Positions 8,612 to 19,333 of a DNA stretch of 64,000 bases are shown here, piece by piece. The notes beneath the pieces are model-generated. The model was not told the origin of the DNA. It worked only from the letters and a program-made list of their open reading frames with translations, and did no database searches. The stretch's first letter is position 1. Every line of letters starts with the position of its first letter. The DNA lies in assembly GCA_038231275.1 (NCBI GenBank), contig JBBRLQ010000003.1:384001-448000 (forward strand), given 5' to 3'. Made by a program: the position numbers and the translations under genes. This DNA is from Polyangiales bacterium (GTDB lineage: Bacteria > Myxococcota_A > Polyangia > Polyangiales > Polyangiaceae).

Positions 8612-10717
8612 TCACGCCAGGGTGCGGACCTTTGCCTCGCGTTCCCACTGACGGGTCTTGGCGGCTGCGAGGAACGCCTTCGTGTCCCCGGCGTCGACGA
8701 CGCCCGCGTCCTCCTCGACGTTGGCGCCCTCGAGGAGCTTGCGCCCTCCGGCGTCGACCGCGATGGCCTTGAGGTGGCCAAACGCGTCTCGCACGAAGTC
8801 GATCGCCGACGACTCCCTCACGAGCGCCTTGCTCCCGGCCTCCGACAAGATCACTGCGACGGCGTCGAAAACGACGGAGGGCGTTCCGGCGAGCTGACCG
8901 TCCGCCGCCAGCGTGGACCCGTCCGCGAGCTTCACGCCACCGACCTTCGGCGCCACGATCTTCACCGTCGCGCCGGCGCCGCTCACCGCTTTCACGACTC
9001 CTCGGACTGCCCGCGCGTCTGAGCCGTCCGCGACCAGGACGCCGACGCACCGGCCTTCGAGGGTGTGCTTCATTTTGCCGAGAATCTGGAGCGCCGGTGA
9101 GGGCGCCATCGGGCGAACGGGCGCGGCGGCTTTCGGAGGCGGCGGCATCTCGCCGAGCGCGAGCCCGTTCGCGACGCGTTTCGCGAGCGAGGGATCGACG
9201 TGAACGAGGTGGCCCACCATCGCCGCGCGCACGTGCGCGTGCTCGACCTTGGAGAGCTCGAAGACGAGCGCCGAGGCGATGTGGGCCTGCTCGTGCGAGG
9301 TCTGGCTTCGGTAGAACATCCGAGCCTGCGAGTAATGATCGGCGAAGCTCTGGGCCCGCACGCGTCCCTTCTCGCCGTCGTCGCGCGCGGCAGCGCTGCG
9401 AAATCCTCGCGGCGTCTCGCGCGGTGAGTCCGCGGCGAGCGAGCTCGGCTCGTAGGCCACGCGCCCCTTCGGCATCTCCGTCTGCATGTGACCGTCGCGC
9501 TGGTGATTCGCGAACGGGCACTTCGGACGGTTCACCGGGAGCTGGTGGAAGTTCGGCGACCCGAGCCGCGACAGCTGCGTGTCGAGGTACGAAAACAGTC
9601 GCCCCTGCAAGAGCGGATCGTTCGAGAAGTCGATCCCGGGCACGACGTGAGAAGGGCAGTAGGCGACCTGCTCGGTCTCCGCGAAAAAATTGTCCGGCCA
9701 CCGGTCGAGCACCATCCGGCCGACGACCTGGAGGGGCACGAGCTCCTCGGGAACGAGCTTCGTCGCGTCGAGGTGATCGAAGGGGAAGGCGTCCGCCTCT
9801 TTCTCCGTGAAGAGCTGGACCGAGAGCTCCCACTCCGGAAAATTCCCCGCGGTGATCGCCTCGAACAGATCGCGCCGATGAAAGTCGGGGTCTGCTCCTG
9901 CCAGCTTCACGGTCTCGTCCCAGATCGTCGACTGGAGGCCGAGCTTGGGCCGCCAATGAAACTTCACGAACGTCCCCTCGCCGGCCGCGTTGACGAGTCG
10001 GAAGGTGTGGACCCCGAACCCCTCGATCATGCGAAGCGATCGCGGCAGCGTTCGGTCCGACATGATCCACATGACCATGTGCATGGACTCGGGCGTCAGC
10101 GAGATGAAGTCCCAGAAGGTGTCGTGCGCGGTGGCCGACTGCGGGAAGCCGCGATCAGGCTCCATTTTCACCGCGTGGACGAGATCGGGAAACTTGATCG
10201 CGTCCTGGATGAAGAAGACGGGGATGTTGTTTCCGACGAGATCCCAGTTTCCTTCCTTCGTGTAGAACTTGACCGCGAACCCGCGAACGTCGCGCGGCGT
10301 GTCCACCGAGCCGGCGCCTCCCGCGACGGTCGAGATGCGCGTGAACACGGGGGTCCGCTCGCCGACCTCGGTGAGCACCTTCGCCGTGGTGTAGCGCGAG
10401 AGGGACCGCGTGAGCTCGAAGAAGCCGTGCGCCGCGGAGGCGCGCGCGTGCACGATGCGCTCGGGGATCCGCTCGTGGTCGAAGCGCGTGATCTTCTCGC
10501 GGAGCACAAAATCCTCGAGGAGCGTGGGTCCCCGCGGGCTCCCTCGGAGCGAATTTTGGTCGTCCGAGATCGGCACGCCTTGATTGGTGGTCAGCGGAGG
10601 ATGGGTTGCGCCCGCCACTTGGTGCAGCTCCCCCCCGGCCCCGCGCGTCGCGTCGGCCCTGCCCGTTCGCGTTTTCGTTCGCGCGGCGCCTCGGTCCGTA
10701 GTCGTCTTGTTCTTCAC
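8612..10717 (-). CDS. katE: Large-subunit catalase HPII with C-terminal DJ-1-like domain
   Basis: [46 protein letters not shown]. Confidence 0.96.
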   Translation of the reverse strand: MKNKTTTDRGAARTKTRTGRADATRGAGGELHQVAGATHPPLTTNQGVPISDDQNSLRGSPRGPTLLEDFVLREKITRFDHERIPERIVHARASAAHGFFELTRSLSRYTTAKVLTEVGERTPVFTRISTVAGGAGSVDTPRDVRGFAVKFYTKEGNWDLVGNNIPVFFIQDAIKFPDLVHAVKMEPDRGFPQSATAHDTFWDFISLTPESMHMVMWIMSDRTLPRSLRMIEGFGVHTFRLVNAAGEGTFVKFHWRPKLGLQSTIWDETVKLAGADPDFHRRDLFEAITAGNFPEWELSVQLFTEKEADAFPFDHLDATKLVPEELVPLQVVGRMVLDRWPDNFFAETEQVAYCPSHVVPGIDFSNDPLLQGRLFSYLDTQLSRLGSPNFHQLPVNRPKCPFANHQRDGHMQTEMPKGRVAYEPSSLAADSPRETPRGFRSAAARDDGEKGRVRAQSFADHYSQARMFYRSQTSHEQAHIASALVFELSKVEHAHVRAAMVGHLVHVDPSLAKRVANGLALGEMPPPPKAAAPVRPMAPSPALQILGKMKHTLEGRCVGVLVADGSDARAVRGVVKAVSGAGATVKIVAPKVGGVKLADGSTLAADGQLAGTPSVVFDAVAVILSEAGSKALVRESSAIDFVRDAFGHLKAIAVDAGGRKLLEGANVEEDAGVVDAGDTKAFLAAAKTRQWEREAKVRTLA

Positions 10718-10745
10718 GGTTTGCTGGTTCTCCCGCGCGGCCTAC

Positions 10746-10761
10746 TGCGAGCGACGTGCCA
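10746..10761 (-). promoter_or_regulatory. Putative sigma54 promoter of katE
   Basis: TGGCACGTCGCTCGCA followed by a short leader containing GGAGA. Confidence 0.55.
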
Positions 10762-10781
10762 TTCGTCGTGTTCCGCGCCGA

Positions 10782-11288
10782 TCACCGAATCGCGGGACCG
10801 TCGACCTCGCCATGCTGGCCCGGCACGACCACGGGCTGCCGCCCCTTCACGTACGCCTTCGCCGCCTCGTACACGTAGCGAAGGCCCTTGATGCCCTCGG
10901 TGTTCCAGTATTCGGCGTGCACGGGGCGGAGCTGGAGGAGGCACAGCGACGGGTCGTCGGGGCCTTTCGGGAACCAGACCTTCATGGTCTCGCTCCAGCA
11001 CGCGCGAATCTGCGCGCGGTCGGTAACGATGCGCGCCGGACCACTGATCGACACGTACGCGCCCGTCGACTGGAAGGTGACCGCGGCGTGGTGATCGTGC
11101 TCGATCTCGGACACCTTGCCCGACTCGATGCTGGTCGCGAAGAACAGATCGTCGTCGTCGGCGAGCTTGGCCAGGGCCATCGGGCGCGCGTGCATCGTCC
11201 CTTCCGGCGCGCGGGTGACGAGCATTCCACTGTGAAACTCCTTCACGAGCGCGCGCATGCGCTCGCGGTCCGTTCGTTCGTCCGTCAT
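10782..11288 (-). CDS. General stress protein 26 / pyridoxamine 5'-phosphate oxidase-like FMN-binding protein
   Basis: MHARPM, YVSISGPA, WFPKGPDDP, AEYW; SD GGAGG. Confidence 0.88.
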   Translation of the reverse strand: MTDERTDRERMRALVKEFHSGMLVTRAPEGTMHARPMALAKLADDDDLFFATSIESGKVSEIEHDHHAAVTFQSTGAYVSISGPARIVTDRAQIRACWSETMKVWFPKGPDDPSLCLLQLRPVHAEYWNTEGIKGLRYVYEAAKAYVKGRQPVVVPGQHGEVDGPAIR

Positions 11289-11467
11289 GAATTCCTCCGA
11301 TTTGCCACCCCGCCTTGCACGTGCCGTGCGCACGGAGAGCGAGCGTGCATCCTCGTTGGAGGTGCCGCGAGGCCGTGCAGTGTGGCGGTCGGCATTGTCG
11401 CTACGCGCAAAAGCGCCGCGACCGTCGGCCGAAGCTCATCTACGAGATCGCCGCGTGACCGGGTGAC

Positions 11468-12358
11468 TCAGAACGCGCCGCCGAAGCCGAACGGCGTGCG
11501 CCCTGCCGGGGCCAGCGCTTGGCCGGCCGCGCCAGTCGCCGCGGCGTCGGGAGAGGACTTCGCCGCGTGGAAAAGGACGGGGACGCCGACGCCGATGAGC
11601 GAGCCGACCACGACGGCGGTGAGCACATCCGAAAGGTAGTGCTTGTCGGCGGCGATTCGCAGGTAGCCGACGGCGCTCGCCGCGGTGAGCCCGATCGCCC
11701 ATACGACCGGCGCCAGGCGATATCCACGCAGCGACGCCGTTGTTCCGCTCGACGTCGCGATGGCGAACGCCATGTTGGTGTGGCCAGAGAAGAACGAGAG
11801 GTTGTCGTCCGACGGCGTGTCGGTGAGCGCGCGCACACCCTGCGGCGCGCGCGGCATGAAGTGCACGAACGGGCGTTCGCGCGCGAACGCGAACTTCACG
11901 AGCTGGTTGAGGTCTCCCGCGAGCAGCGAGGCCTCGACGATCACGAGCGCGTCGACGGGGTAGCCGTGCATCGCGTCGTCGTGGTTCGCCGCGATCGCCG
12001 TCATCCCGAGCCCGCCGAGCGGGAGGAGGACGAAGCCGATGATCGAGCTCGAGAGGTCCGCCGCGCGTGTGTTCTGCCAGAGGAGCTGCTTGCGGCACCA
12101 GCCGTCGGCCGCGTTGAGCGCGCTCGTCCCGTCCTCCGCGCGGTAGCACCAGCGGCACTTGTCGGGCACGAGCTGGGATTTCAGCACCTCCGAGGCGCCG
12201 AGCCACAGTCCGGCCGTCGCCGTGACCGCGAGATCGATGCGCGTGTCGTAGCGGAGCGTGCGCACGTTGGAGCGTGGCACTTCGGCGTCCGCGGTCCCGC
12301 TCACGAGGAGCGCGCACGCAAAGAGCGCGAGAGCGATTGTCGGCGTCGAGGCGCGCAC
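11468..12358 (-). CDS. PAP2 family phosphatase
   Basis: K...RERP, SFFSGH, RIAADKHYLSDV motifs. Confidence 0.88.
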   Translation of the reverse strand: MRASTPTIALALFACALLVSGTADAEVPRSNVRTLRYDTRIDLAVTATAGLWLGASEVLKSQLVPDKCRWCYRAEDGTSALNAADGWCRKQLLWQNTRAADLSSSIIGFVLLPLGGLGMTAIAANHDDAMHGYPVDALVIVEASLLAGDLNQLVKFAFARERPFVHFMPRAPQGVRALTDTPSDDNLSFFSGHTNMAFAIATSSGTTASLRGYRLAPVVWAIGLTAASAVGYLRIAADKHYLSDVLTAVVVGSLIGVGVPVLFHAAKSSPDAAATGAAGQALAPAGRTPFGFGGAF

Positions 12359-12396
12359 GAGCGTGCAGTATAGAGGAGCGACGGTCACGATCGCCC

Positions 12397-13452
12397 ATGA
12401 AGACGACGCACTTCGCCACCCTCGCGGCAACGGTCGCGCTCTCCACGTGCGTGGGAGGCGAGGCGTGGGCGCAGTCGGCCGGCTTCGCGGTGGACCGGTT
12501 CGAGCCGTCGGAGCGCGGGAGCGACTGGTTCGTCAACGAGTCGCTCGATTTTCGCAGCGCCGCCCGTCCCGCGGCGGGCGCCGTCTTCGACTGGGCGTAC
12601 AAGCCGCTCCTCCTCTTTCCACGCGACGACGTCCAGGGCGTCGCGCGCGCGACGGTGATCACCGATCAGGTCTTTTTGCACGTCGGCGGCTCGCTCATCC
12701 TCGCCGATCGCCTCCGCCTCGGCGCGAGCTTGCCGATCGCGATCTACCAGCAGGGCGAGGACACGCGCGGGATCACCGTCGCGACCTCTGCGCCTTCCAA
12801 GGCTGCGCTCGGCGACGCGCGTCTTGCCGCGGACGTTCTGCTGTTCGGCGAGTACGGAGGGCCTCTGCGCGGAGCCGTGGGGGCGCGCATTTTCTTGCCG
12901 TCCGGCAGCCGCGCGCAATTCACGGGCGACGGTACGGTACGCGCGTCGCCGCACGTCCTCCTCGCCGGGGACTACTCAGGCTTCGTCTACGCGGCGAAGC
13001 TCGGCGCCGCGATCCGCCCGTTCGACGGCACGTTCGAAGGACGCCCGCTCGGCAGCGAGGCCCTCTTCGCCGCGGCCGTGGGCGTGAAGGTGAACGATCG
13101 CTTCGTCTTCGGACCGGAGCTGTACGGGAGCACGTCCGTCACGCGCGACGCGCCGCTCCGCACGCGTGACACTCCGCTCGAGATTCTCGTCGGCGCACAC
13201 CTCAGCCTGGGCGACGACGCGCAGGTCGGCACCGCGATCGGACCAGGCCTCACGCGGGGCGACGGAAGCCCGTCCATGCGCGTTCTCATCGCCCTCGAAT
13301 GGGCGCCCGATCCGTGCGTCGACAAGGACGGCGACGGCATCTGCGCGAACGACGACGCGTGCCCCGACGTCGACGGCGTCCGGACGAACGATCCCAAGAC
13401 GAACGGGTGCCCGCGGCCGTCACCACCTTCTGCCGAAGAGACGCCGAAGTAA
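12397..13452 (+). CDS. Outer-membrane beta-barrel protein with thrombospondin type 3 repeats, no OmpA C-terminal domain
   Basis: Signal peptide; amphipathic strands; DKDGDGICANDDACPD...TNGCP then stop. Confidence 0.75.
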   Translation: MKTTHFATLAATVALSTCVGGEAWAQSAGFAVDRFEPSERGSDWFVNESLDFRSAARPAAGAVFDWAYKPLLLFPRDDVQGVARATVITDQVFLHVGGSLILADRLRLGASLPIAIYQQGEDTRGITVATSAPSKAALGDARLAADVLLFGEYGGPLRGAVGARIFLPSGSRAQFTGDGTVRASPHVLLAGDYSGFVYAAKLGAAIRPFDGTFEGRPLGSEALFAAAVGVKVNDRFVFGPELYGSTSVTRDAPLRTRDTPLEILVGAHLSLGDDAQVGTAIGPGLTRGDGSPSMRVLIALEWAPDPCVDKDGDGICANDDACPDVDGVRTNDPKTNGCPRPSPPSAEETPK

Positions 13453-13532
13453 GTACCGCCCCTGCTTCGCGTTTCTTTTTGGTTCGGCTTGCGCGAAGGC
13501 GACGGTATTCTGCGAGGCTGAAAAGAGGTGTC

Positions 13533-14834
13533 ATGCGCGTCAGCTCCGGCCATCGGTCGCACGTGTGGAGTCTTGGGCTCGTCGGTTTCCTTGGCGTCGC
13601 TGCGTGCGCCGCAGCGGGCTGCAGCGGGGACGACTCGAACGGCGGGACACCCACGCCCGACGCCGGACCCGACAAGGACGGGACGACCTCGCACGACGGA
13701 GATACGACCGACACGAGCGTCGCGGACTCGTCCGATGGCGCGACGACCGGGGACGCGAACGACGCGGGCATCGATACCGGGCCTCCGTTCGACTGCACGA
13801 CGGACACGCCGGACGCGGGAGGCGGCGCGGTTCAGCTCCCGACCGATCTGCGCTGCACCGGCCTCTATTCGGTGTGGGCGACCAAGACGGTCGCCGCCGA
13901 CGCGCGTCCTTACGCGCCCGGCTACCCCCTTTGGAGCGACGGCGCGATCAAATCACGGTGGATCCACCTGCCTGCGGGCGCAAAAATCGACGCGACCGAT
14001 CCGAACGAGTGGACCTTCCCGGTCGGCACCAAGCTGTGGAAGGAGTTCGCCCTCGGCGGCAAGCGCATCGAGACCCGCTTGTTCCAGAAGGTCGCGGACG
14101 GCACGTGGGCGCGCACGACGTACCAATGGTCGGCGGATGAATCCGCGGCCACGCGCCTCGACACGGGCTTCGGCGGTCCTCCGGCGGACGCCGGGCTCAT
14201 CGACGACGGCGGCGGCGCGGTCGACGCGTCGGCAACCTACGAGATCCCGAGCGCCGCGAAATGCGACAGCTGTCACAACGGCCGGCTCGACAAGGTGCTC
14301 GGCTTCGAGGCGGTGAACCTCGGCGCCGCGGCCGCGACCGGCGTGACGCTCGGCGTCCTCAAGACCGAAGGGCTCCTCGTCACCGCGGACGGCGGCGCGT
14401 CGCCTCTCCCCGCGACGCTGACCATCCCCGAGGACGGCACAGGCAAGGGGCGCGAGGCGATCGGGTGGCTCCACTCGAACTGCGGCATTGTCTGCCACAA
14501 CGCGAACCCCGGCGCGGGGTGCAGCTTCAACAGCATGCGACTTCGCGTCAATGTCGCAGAGCTCGTCCTCACCGACGGTGGAACGCCGACGCTCCAGGCC
14601 CTGCAGGCCTATACGACGACGCACGACGTCGCCGCCTCGACCGGGCTCGGCGATCCGGCGAATTTCCCTTACAGCCGCATCGCGCACGGCAATCCGACGA
14701 AGAGCCTCGCCCGGTACCTCACCGGTCGGCGCACGACGACGGAGCTGTACGGTCAGATGCCGCCGCTCGACAGCCACGTCGTCGACGTTGCCGACGTCGC
14801 GAACCTGAACGCGTGGATCGTGGCGATGCCCTGA
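13533..14834 (+). CDS. SO2930-like diheme cytochrome c lipoprotein
   Basis: PLWSDGAIKSRW, FPVGTKLWKEF, IETR, CDSCH, NCGIVCH, QMPP. Confidence 0.78.
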   Translation: MRVSSGHRSHVWSLGLVGFLGVAACAAAGCSGDDSNGGTPTPDAGPDKDGTTSHDGDTTDTSVADSSDGATTGDANDAGIDTGPPFDCTTDTPDAGGGAVQLPTDLRCTGLYSVWATKTVAADARPYAPGYPLWSDGAIKSRWIHLPAGAKIDATDPNEWTFPVGTKLWKEFALGGKRIETRLFQKVADGTWARTTYQWSADESAATRLDTGFGGPPADAGLIDDGGGAVDASATYEIPSAAKCDSCHNGRLDKVLGFEAVNLGAAAATGVTLGVLKTEGLLVTADGGASPLPATLTIPEDGTGKGREAIGWLHSNCGIVCHNANPGAGCSFNSMRLRVNVAELVLTDGGTPTLQALQAYTTTHDVAASTGLGDPANFPYSRIAHGNPTKSLARYLTGRRTTTELYGQMPPLDSHVVDVADVANLNAWIVAMP

Positions 14835-14852
14835 TCCTTCGCGTGAGGCACG

Positions 14853-15284
14853 CTAGGCGTGCGTGCTGATCGTGAAGTAGTGACCGGCCTGCTGGAGGTC
14901 GACGGTGTTGTTGCCCGCCCCCGAGACGGTGCCGACGCAGATGACCTCCATCCCGATCTTGTTCACGCTCTCGACGACCAGCTTGTACGCGGTCACGATC
15001 TCTTCGCGATCGGTGCTGGTCACCTGGCACGTCGGGCTGATGTGGCCGCCGACTTTCACGAGCGCGCCGTCGTAGTCGGCTGCCGCCATGTAGAGCGACC
15101 ACTTTCCGTTCTGCTTGCGGAGATCGACCTGCACGATGGAGCTATTGACCTGCTTCGTGCCGCCAGGACCGCTGATTTGGTAGACGAGGTGCGATTGGAA
15201 CGTCGCCCCGGCGGCTCGACCATCGGAGGGAGCGAGGAGGAGCGCGGCGAACGGCAAGAGGGCGGCGAGGTGGGGGAGGCGCAT
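14853..15284 (-). CDS. Hypothetical secreted protein
   Basis: Signal peptide MRLPHLAALLPFAALLLAPSDGRA; codon bias. Confidence 0.7.
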   Translation of the reverse strand: MRLPHLAALLPFAALLLAPSDGRAAGATFQSHLVYQISGPGGTKQVNSSIVQVDLRKQNGKWSLYMAAADYDGALVKVGGHISPTCQVTSTDREEIVTAYKLVVESVNKIGMEVICVGTVSGAGNNTVDLQQAGHYFTISTHA

Positions 15285-15296
15285 GAGCACTCACTA

Positions 15297-15312
15297 AGCA
15301 AGGGCTCGGCCA
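15297..15312 (-). promoter_or_regulatory. Putative sigma54 promoter
   Basis: TGGCCGAGCCCTTGCT, 12 nt before ATG 15284. Confidence 0.6.
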
Positions 15313-15350
15313 GTGTAGCGAGGCGTCGCGAACGCAGCGAAACCTCGTCG

Positions 15351-15416
15351 CTCGAAGTGCAACGATGCGCCACCGCGGCGTCGCCCTCGTGCGCGCGGTG
15401 CACTCGAAGTGCAACG
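15351..15416. repeat. 14-bp direct repeat, possible enhancer (bEBP UAS)
   Basis: CTCGAAGTGCAACG at 15351 and 15403, upstream of the sigma54-like box. Confidence 0.55.
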
Positions 15417-15445
15417 CGCGCACAGAGTCCATGCGCGCGCGTGCG

Positions 15446-16456
15446 CTACGGAATCAGCACCGCGCGGAAGCGGACTTTGTTGGCCATCACCTTGCCGAAC
15501 GCCTCTTCTGCCTTCGCGAGCGGGAATTTCTCGATGCGCGGGCGCACGTTCATGAGCGCGCTGAAGGCCATCGTGTCCTCGGAGTCGATCGCGCTGCCGC
15601 TCGGCCATCCGGCGACGGTCTTGCCGCTGAGGAGCGAGAACGGCGAGATCGAGATCGGCTCGAATGGCGCCGCGACGATGAGGAGCTTGCCGCGCGGCTT
15701 GAGACCGTCGACGGCGCCGGAGATCGTCGCGGCGTGCGGTGCGGTCGCGAGGACGAGATCGGCGCCGCCCAGCTTCTGAAGCCCCTCCGCGGTCGTCGTC
15801 TTCTCGCTGTCGATGTACTCGTGCGCGCCGAGCTGCCTTGCGAGCTCCGCCTTGTCGCTCCCGCGCGAGAGGGCGACGGTGCGGAAGCCCATTTTCGCGG
15901 CGAACTGGATCGCGAGGTGACCGAGGCCGCCGATGCCTTGCACGGCGACGGTGTCTCCCGGTCGCGCGCCGCTGTTTCGGAGCGCGTTGTACGTCGTGAT
16001 GCCGGCGCACAGGAGCGGCCCTGCGTCGGCGGCGTCGATCGCTGCCGGAATGCGTGCGAGGGCTTGTTGCGGCACGACCGCGAACTCGGCGTAGCCGCCG
16101 TCGAAGCTGATCCCGGTGACCAGCGCGTTGGGGCAGTTGAGGAAGTGACCGCGCCTGCACGCGTCGCACTCCATGCAGCTGCCGCCGTGCCAGCCGACGC
16201 CGACGCGCTCGCCGGCCTTCCAGGCCTTGACGCCCGAGCCCACGGCGTCGACCTTCCCGGCGATCTCGTGCCCCGGAATGCGCGGGAGCTGGAGGCCGGG
16301 AAACGCCCCGGATTTCACGAACGCGTCGCTGTGGCAGATGCCGCACGCCTCGACCTTCACGCGCACGTGCCCGGGACCCGGCTCGGGAACGTCGCGCTCG
16401 ACGAGCTCGAACGGGCCGTTCGCCTTCGACACCTGCATCGCCTTCATCTTCGCCAT
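15446..16456 (-). CDS. Zinc-dependent alcohol dehydrogenase
   Basis: CHSD, GHEIAG, CMECDACRRGHFLNC, GIGGLG. Confidence 0.95.
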   Translation of the reverse strand: MAKMKAMQVSKANGPFELVERDVPEPGPGHVRVKVEACGICHSDAFVKSGAFPGLQLPRIPGHEIAGKVDAVGSGVKAWKAGERVGVGWHGGSCMECDACRRGHFLNCPNALVTGISFDGGYAEFAVVPQQALARIPAAIDAADAGPLLCAGITTYNALRNSGARPGDTVAVQGIGGLGHLAIQFAAKMGFRTVALSRGSDKAELARQLGAHEYIDSEKTTTAEGLQKLGGADLVLATAPHAATISGAVDGLKPRGKLLIVAAPFEPISISPFSLLSGKTVAGWPSGSAIDSEDTMAFSALMNVRPRIEKFPLAKAEEAFGKVMANKVRFRAVLIP

Positions 16457-16578
16457 CGCGTCCTCCTCGGGTGGTGCCAGAGCATCGGCAACGGAGGGCG
16501 CAACCGCAAGGGGCGCCGGAGGACCAGGCGCCCGTGCCTACGGTTGGGCTGAGGCGTCGAGCGCGTGTGTGCGGCGCG

Positions 16579-17466
16579 TCAGGCTGCGTGACGTTTGGCG
16601 GCGCGGCGGCGCGCGGCGGTGATCGCGGCGATGCCGAGCCCGACGCCCAGCATTCCGCCACCGATCGGCGGCGCGTCACCGGGAGCCGCTGCGCACCCCG
16701 CCGATGCCTTCGCCTGCGCCTGACACGTGTTGCCGCTGCAGCTCGCGCTGGCGTCGACCTTCACGTTGAGGATGGCGTTGAGCGCGTCGACGCAATTTTG
16801 CAGGTTGTTTCCCGTGTCGACATAGTTGCCGTCGCAGAAGAGCGCGCCTTCGGGTTTCTGGCACTGCGCCGTGCAGCCGCCCTGGAGATCGCTCTTGCAC
16901 TGCACGTAGCCCTTGGACTGGCAGCTCACCTGGCAGTCGATGTTGGCCTTGCCGGAGCACGAGCCGTCGCAGCTCGCCTTGCACTTCGCGTCGCACGTCG
17001 CGCTCGGCGGCGTGCCCTTGCAGCTCACGTCGCAGTGGCCGCCGCACGTCGCTTTGCACGACGCTTGGCACTCCGCCTGCGCGCCGCCGTCGGTCGTACT
17101 CGCCGAGCACTTGCCGCTGCAGTCGGCCTCGCACGTCGCGGTGCAACTCCCCGCGCAGTCGTAGGTCCCCGGGTTGGCCTGACACTTTGCGCTGCAGTCG
17201 GCGGTGCATCCGCCGGAGCACGTCACGTCGGCGGTCGCGGAGCACTGCCCGTTGCACGTCGTCTCGAGCTTGCCGGCGCACGCGGCCTCGAACGTGATCG
17301 GCGTGCACTGCGCGGTGCAGCCGCCCGAGGCCACGACCTTGCACTTCGCGTCCGCGTGGACATCGATGGTGCCACACGCGTCGAGGCCCGCGCGCGCCTC
17401 GGTGGCGGCGAAGAGGACGGGGGCGGCGGCGAGGACGGCGGAGAGGAGAAACGTGGCTCGACGCAT
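16579..17466 (-). CDS. Cys-rich surface protein with MYXO-CTERM-like tail
   Basis: CxxxC repeats; GC + TM helix + RRR end; SD AAGGAG. Confidence 0.8.
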   Translation of the reverse strand: MRRATFLLSAVLAAAPVLFAATEARAGLDACGTIDVHADAKCKVVASGGCTAQCTPITFEAACAGKLETTCNGQCSATADVTCSGGCTADCSAKCQANPGTYDCAGSCTATCEADCSGKCSASTTDGGAQAECQASCKATCGGHCDVSCKGTPPSATCDAKCKASCDGSCSGKANIDCQVSCQSKGYVQCKSDLQGGCTAQCQKPEGALFCDGNYVDTGNNLQNCVDALNAILNVKVDASASCSGNTCQAQAKASAGCAAAPGDAPPIGGGMLGVGLGIAAITAARRRAAKRHAA

Positions 17467-17507
17467 GGAGTGGGCTCCTTATGGATGAGATGACGGCAGC
17501 GTGGAGC

Positions 17508-17523
17508 TGCAACGACCGAACCA
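17508..17523 (-). promoter_or_regulatory. Putative sigma54 promoter
   Basis: TGGTTCGGTCGTTGCA upstream of 17466. Confidence 0.5.
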
Positions 17524-17650
17524 TCGCGCGATCCCGCGATGTTCGTCGTCTTTTCTCATCGCGGCCTCGCCGCAGCGCCTTTTCGCCACGGCATTCGCGA
17601 CACCGGCGTCAGGCGTGCGTGCGGCGCGCGTCAGGGGACCGAGGCGATCT

Positions 17651-19321
17651 TCACTTCCGGAACGAGCACGTCGGCGCGTCGCTCCCGGAGGCCGCAGCGG
17701 CCTTGGAGAAATTCCAGAGCGGCGCCCAGAACGTGTCGCGCGCGACCTTCGCCGCGTCCTTCGAGTCGACGATGTACCCGAACTCGGCGAGGTCCGACGT
17801 GTAGAGGTTCTGCGAGCCAACGTAGAGCGCCTGATCGTCGATCATCAGGAATTTGGCGTGATTCGAGAAGACCTTGCCGTCGGCCCAGCGATCGGTGGCG
17901 GCGAGGCGTAGCGGCGCGACATGGAGCTTGTCGCAGAGGATTCCGATCACGTCGGCGCCGGCGGGGAACGCGTCGGTCTTCGCCTTCATGCGCGTGACCA
18001 TCTGCGCGGCCGTCTCCTCGGCGCTCCAGCCGTGGCTGTAGCTCGTCGTGAACAGCCCGCCGTCGACGTTGGAGATCACGACGTACACGTCGACGCCGCG
18101 TCCGATCGCCACCGCGAGGCGATCGAGCAGCGCGTTCGGCGGCGGCGCCACCGAGAGGTTGGTCTTGGGGATGCGCCCGCCGAGGATGTCCTCTTGCGAC
18201 ATGACGATCGACGTCTTCGCCGCGTCCACCATCGCGAGCAGCGCCGCGTCGCTGGCGTTGTCCTTCACGGCGCCGAGGCGGCCCGCCGTGATGACCGCGG
18301 TATCACCGGTGCCGTGCGTGCTGCCCTTCGGCTCGATGTGCGCAGGGCAGCCGAGGCTCGCCGGGAAGGTCTCGAGGCCGATGCCGGTCTTGTATTGCCG
18401 GCTGCACGCGACGTCCCATACTGCGTTCGCGTACCTGTGCACGGCGGCGGCGGCCGGGCCCTTGAGGCGCATCGAGAGATCGGACACCGGATCTTTGAGC
18501 TGATAGTCGGCGGTGTGCATGTTGTGGCCGCCGACGAGCGCGGTCTTGCCGTCCGATGCGACGACCTTCGAGTGGTTCCACGACGTCAGCGACGACGAGT
18601 GCTCGGCGACGTAGAGCTTGATCTTCGTGTCGGCCGGGAGATCGGCGGTGAGCTTCTTCACGAGATCGCTCGTGTGGAGCATCGCGCGCGGACCGAAGTC
18701 GGAGACGTTGCCCGACAAGATGCGAACCGTGACCTCCGCGTTGCGCGCGGCGAGGCGCGCGAGGCCGTTCTTGATGGCGGGCAGGAAGCGATCGGTGGGG
18801 AGCCACAGCGACGTGATGTCGACGAAGCTCTCGGCGTTGGCGAGCGCTTGGTACATCGCGTCCTCGAACCAGTCCGCGTAGCCCACGCAGAGCTTCTTCG
18901 GCGCGTCGCCGTCGGCCTTCACGCTCGCCGCGAAGTCGGTGCACGTGCCCGACGAGCAGGTCGCCCCCTCGCCGTCGCACGTGCGCATGAGGAAATCGGG
19001 ATCGCAGTCCGCGTCGCCGGCGGTGCAGTCGGTCTGGGTCGGCAGCGACGCGAGGCCGTCGCCCCAGACATCGGAGCCCGTCGTCGGCAAGAGCCAACCG
19101 TCCTCGAGGACGTTGCCCGTCGTCACCTCCCAGGTCTTTCCCTTGAGCGCCGCGAGCGGGTGCTGCTTCGTCAGCGCGTCGACGACGGCCTGCCCGACGT
19201 AGCTGAGCGACGGATCGCGCGCGGCGGTGACCGCGGAATCGGTGTTCGCTGTTTCGGCGGCGGAGCTGCACGCGGCGGCGAGGAGCCCGAGAGCGACGGG
19301 GGCGAGAGGGCGGAGCGTCAT
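17651..19321 (-). CDS. Phospholipase D family lipoprotein (Streptomyces PLD/Ymt-like)
   Basis: Lipobox LLAAAC; two HKD motifs NHSKVVASDG..GGHN and NHAKFLMIDD..GSQN. Confidence 0.9.
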   Translation of the reverse strand: MTLRPLAPVALGLLAAACSSAAETANTDSAVTAARDPSLSYVGQAVVDALTKQHPLAALKGKTWEVTTGNVLEDGWLLPTTGSDVWGDGLASLPTQTDCTAGDADCDPDFLMRTCDGEGATCSSGTCTDFAASVKADGDAPKKLCVGYADWFEDAMYQALANAESFVDITSLWLPTDRFLPAIKNGLARLAARNAEVTVRILSGNVSDFGPRAMLHTSDLVKKLTADLPADTKIKLYVAEHSSSLTSWNHSKVVASDGKTALVGGHNMHTADYQLKDPVSDLSMRLKGPAAAAVHRYANAVWDVACSRQYKTGIGLETFPASLGCPAHIEPKGSTHGTGDTAVITAGRLGAVKDNASDAALLAMVDAAKTSIVMSQEDILGGRIPKTNLSVAPPPNALLDRLAVAIGRGVDVYVVISNVDGGLFTTSYSHGWSAEETAAQMVTRMKAKTDAFPAGADVIGILCDKLHVAPLRLAATDRWADGKVFSNHAKFLMIDDQALYVGSQNLYTSDLAEFGYIVDSKDAAKVARDTFWAPLWNFSKAAAASGSDAPTCSFRK

Positions 19322-19333
19322 GCTGCTTCGTGT

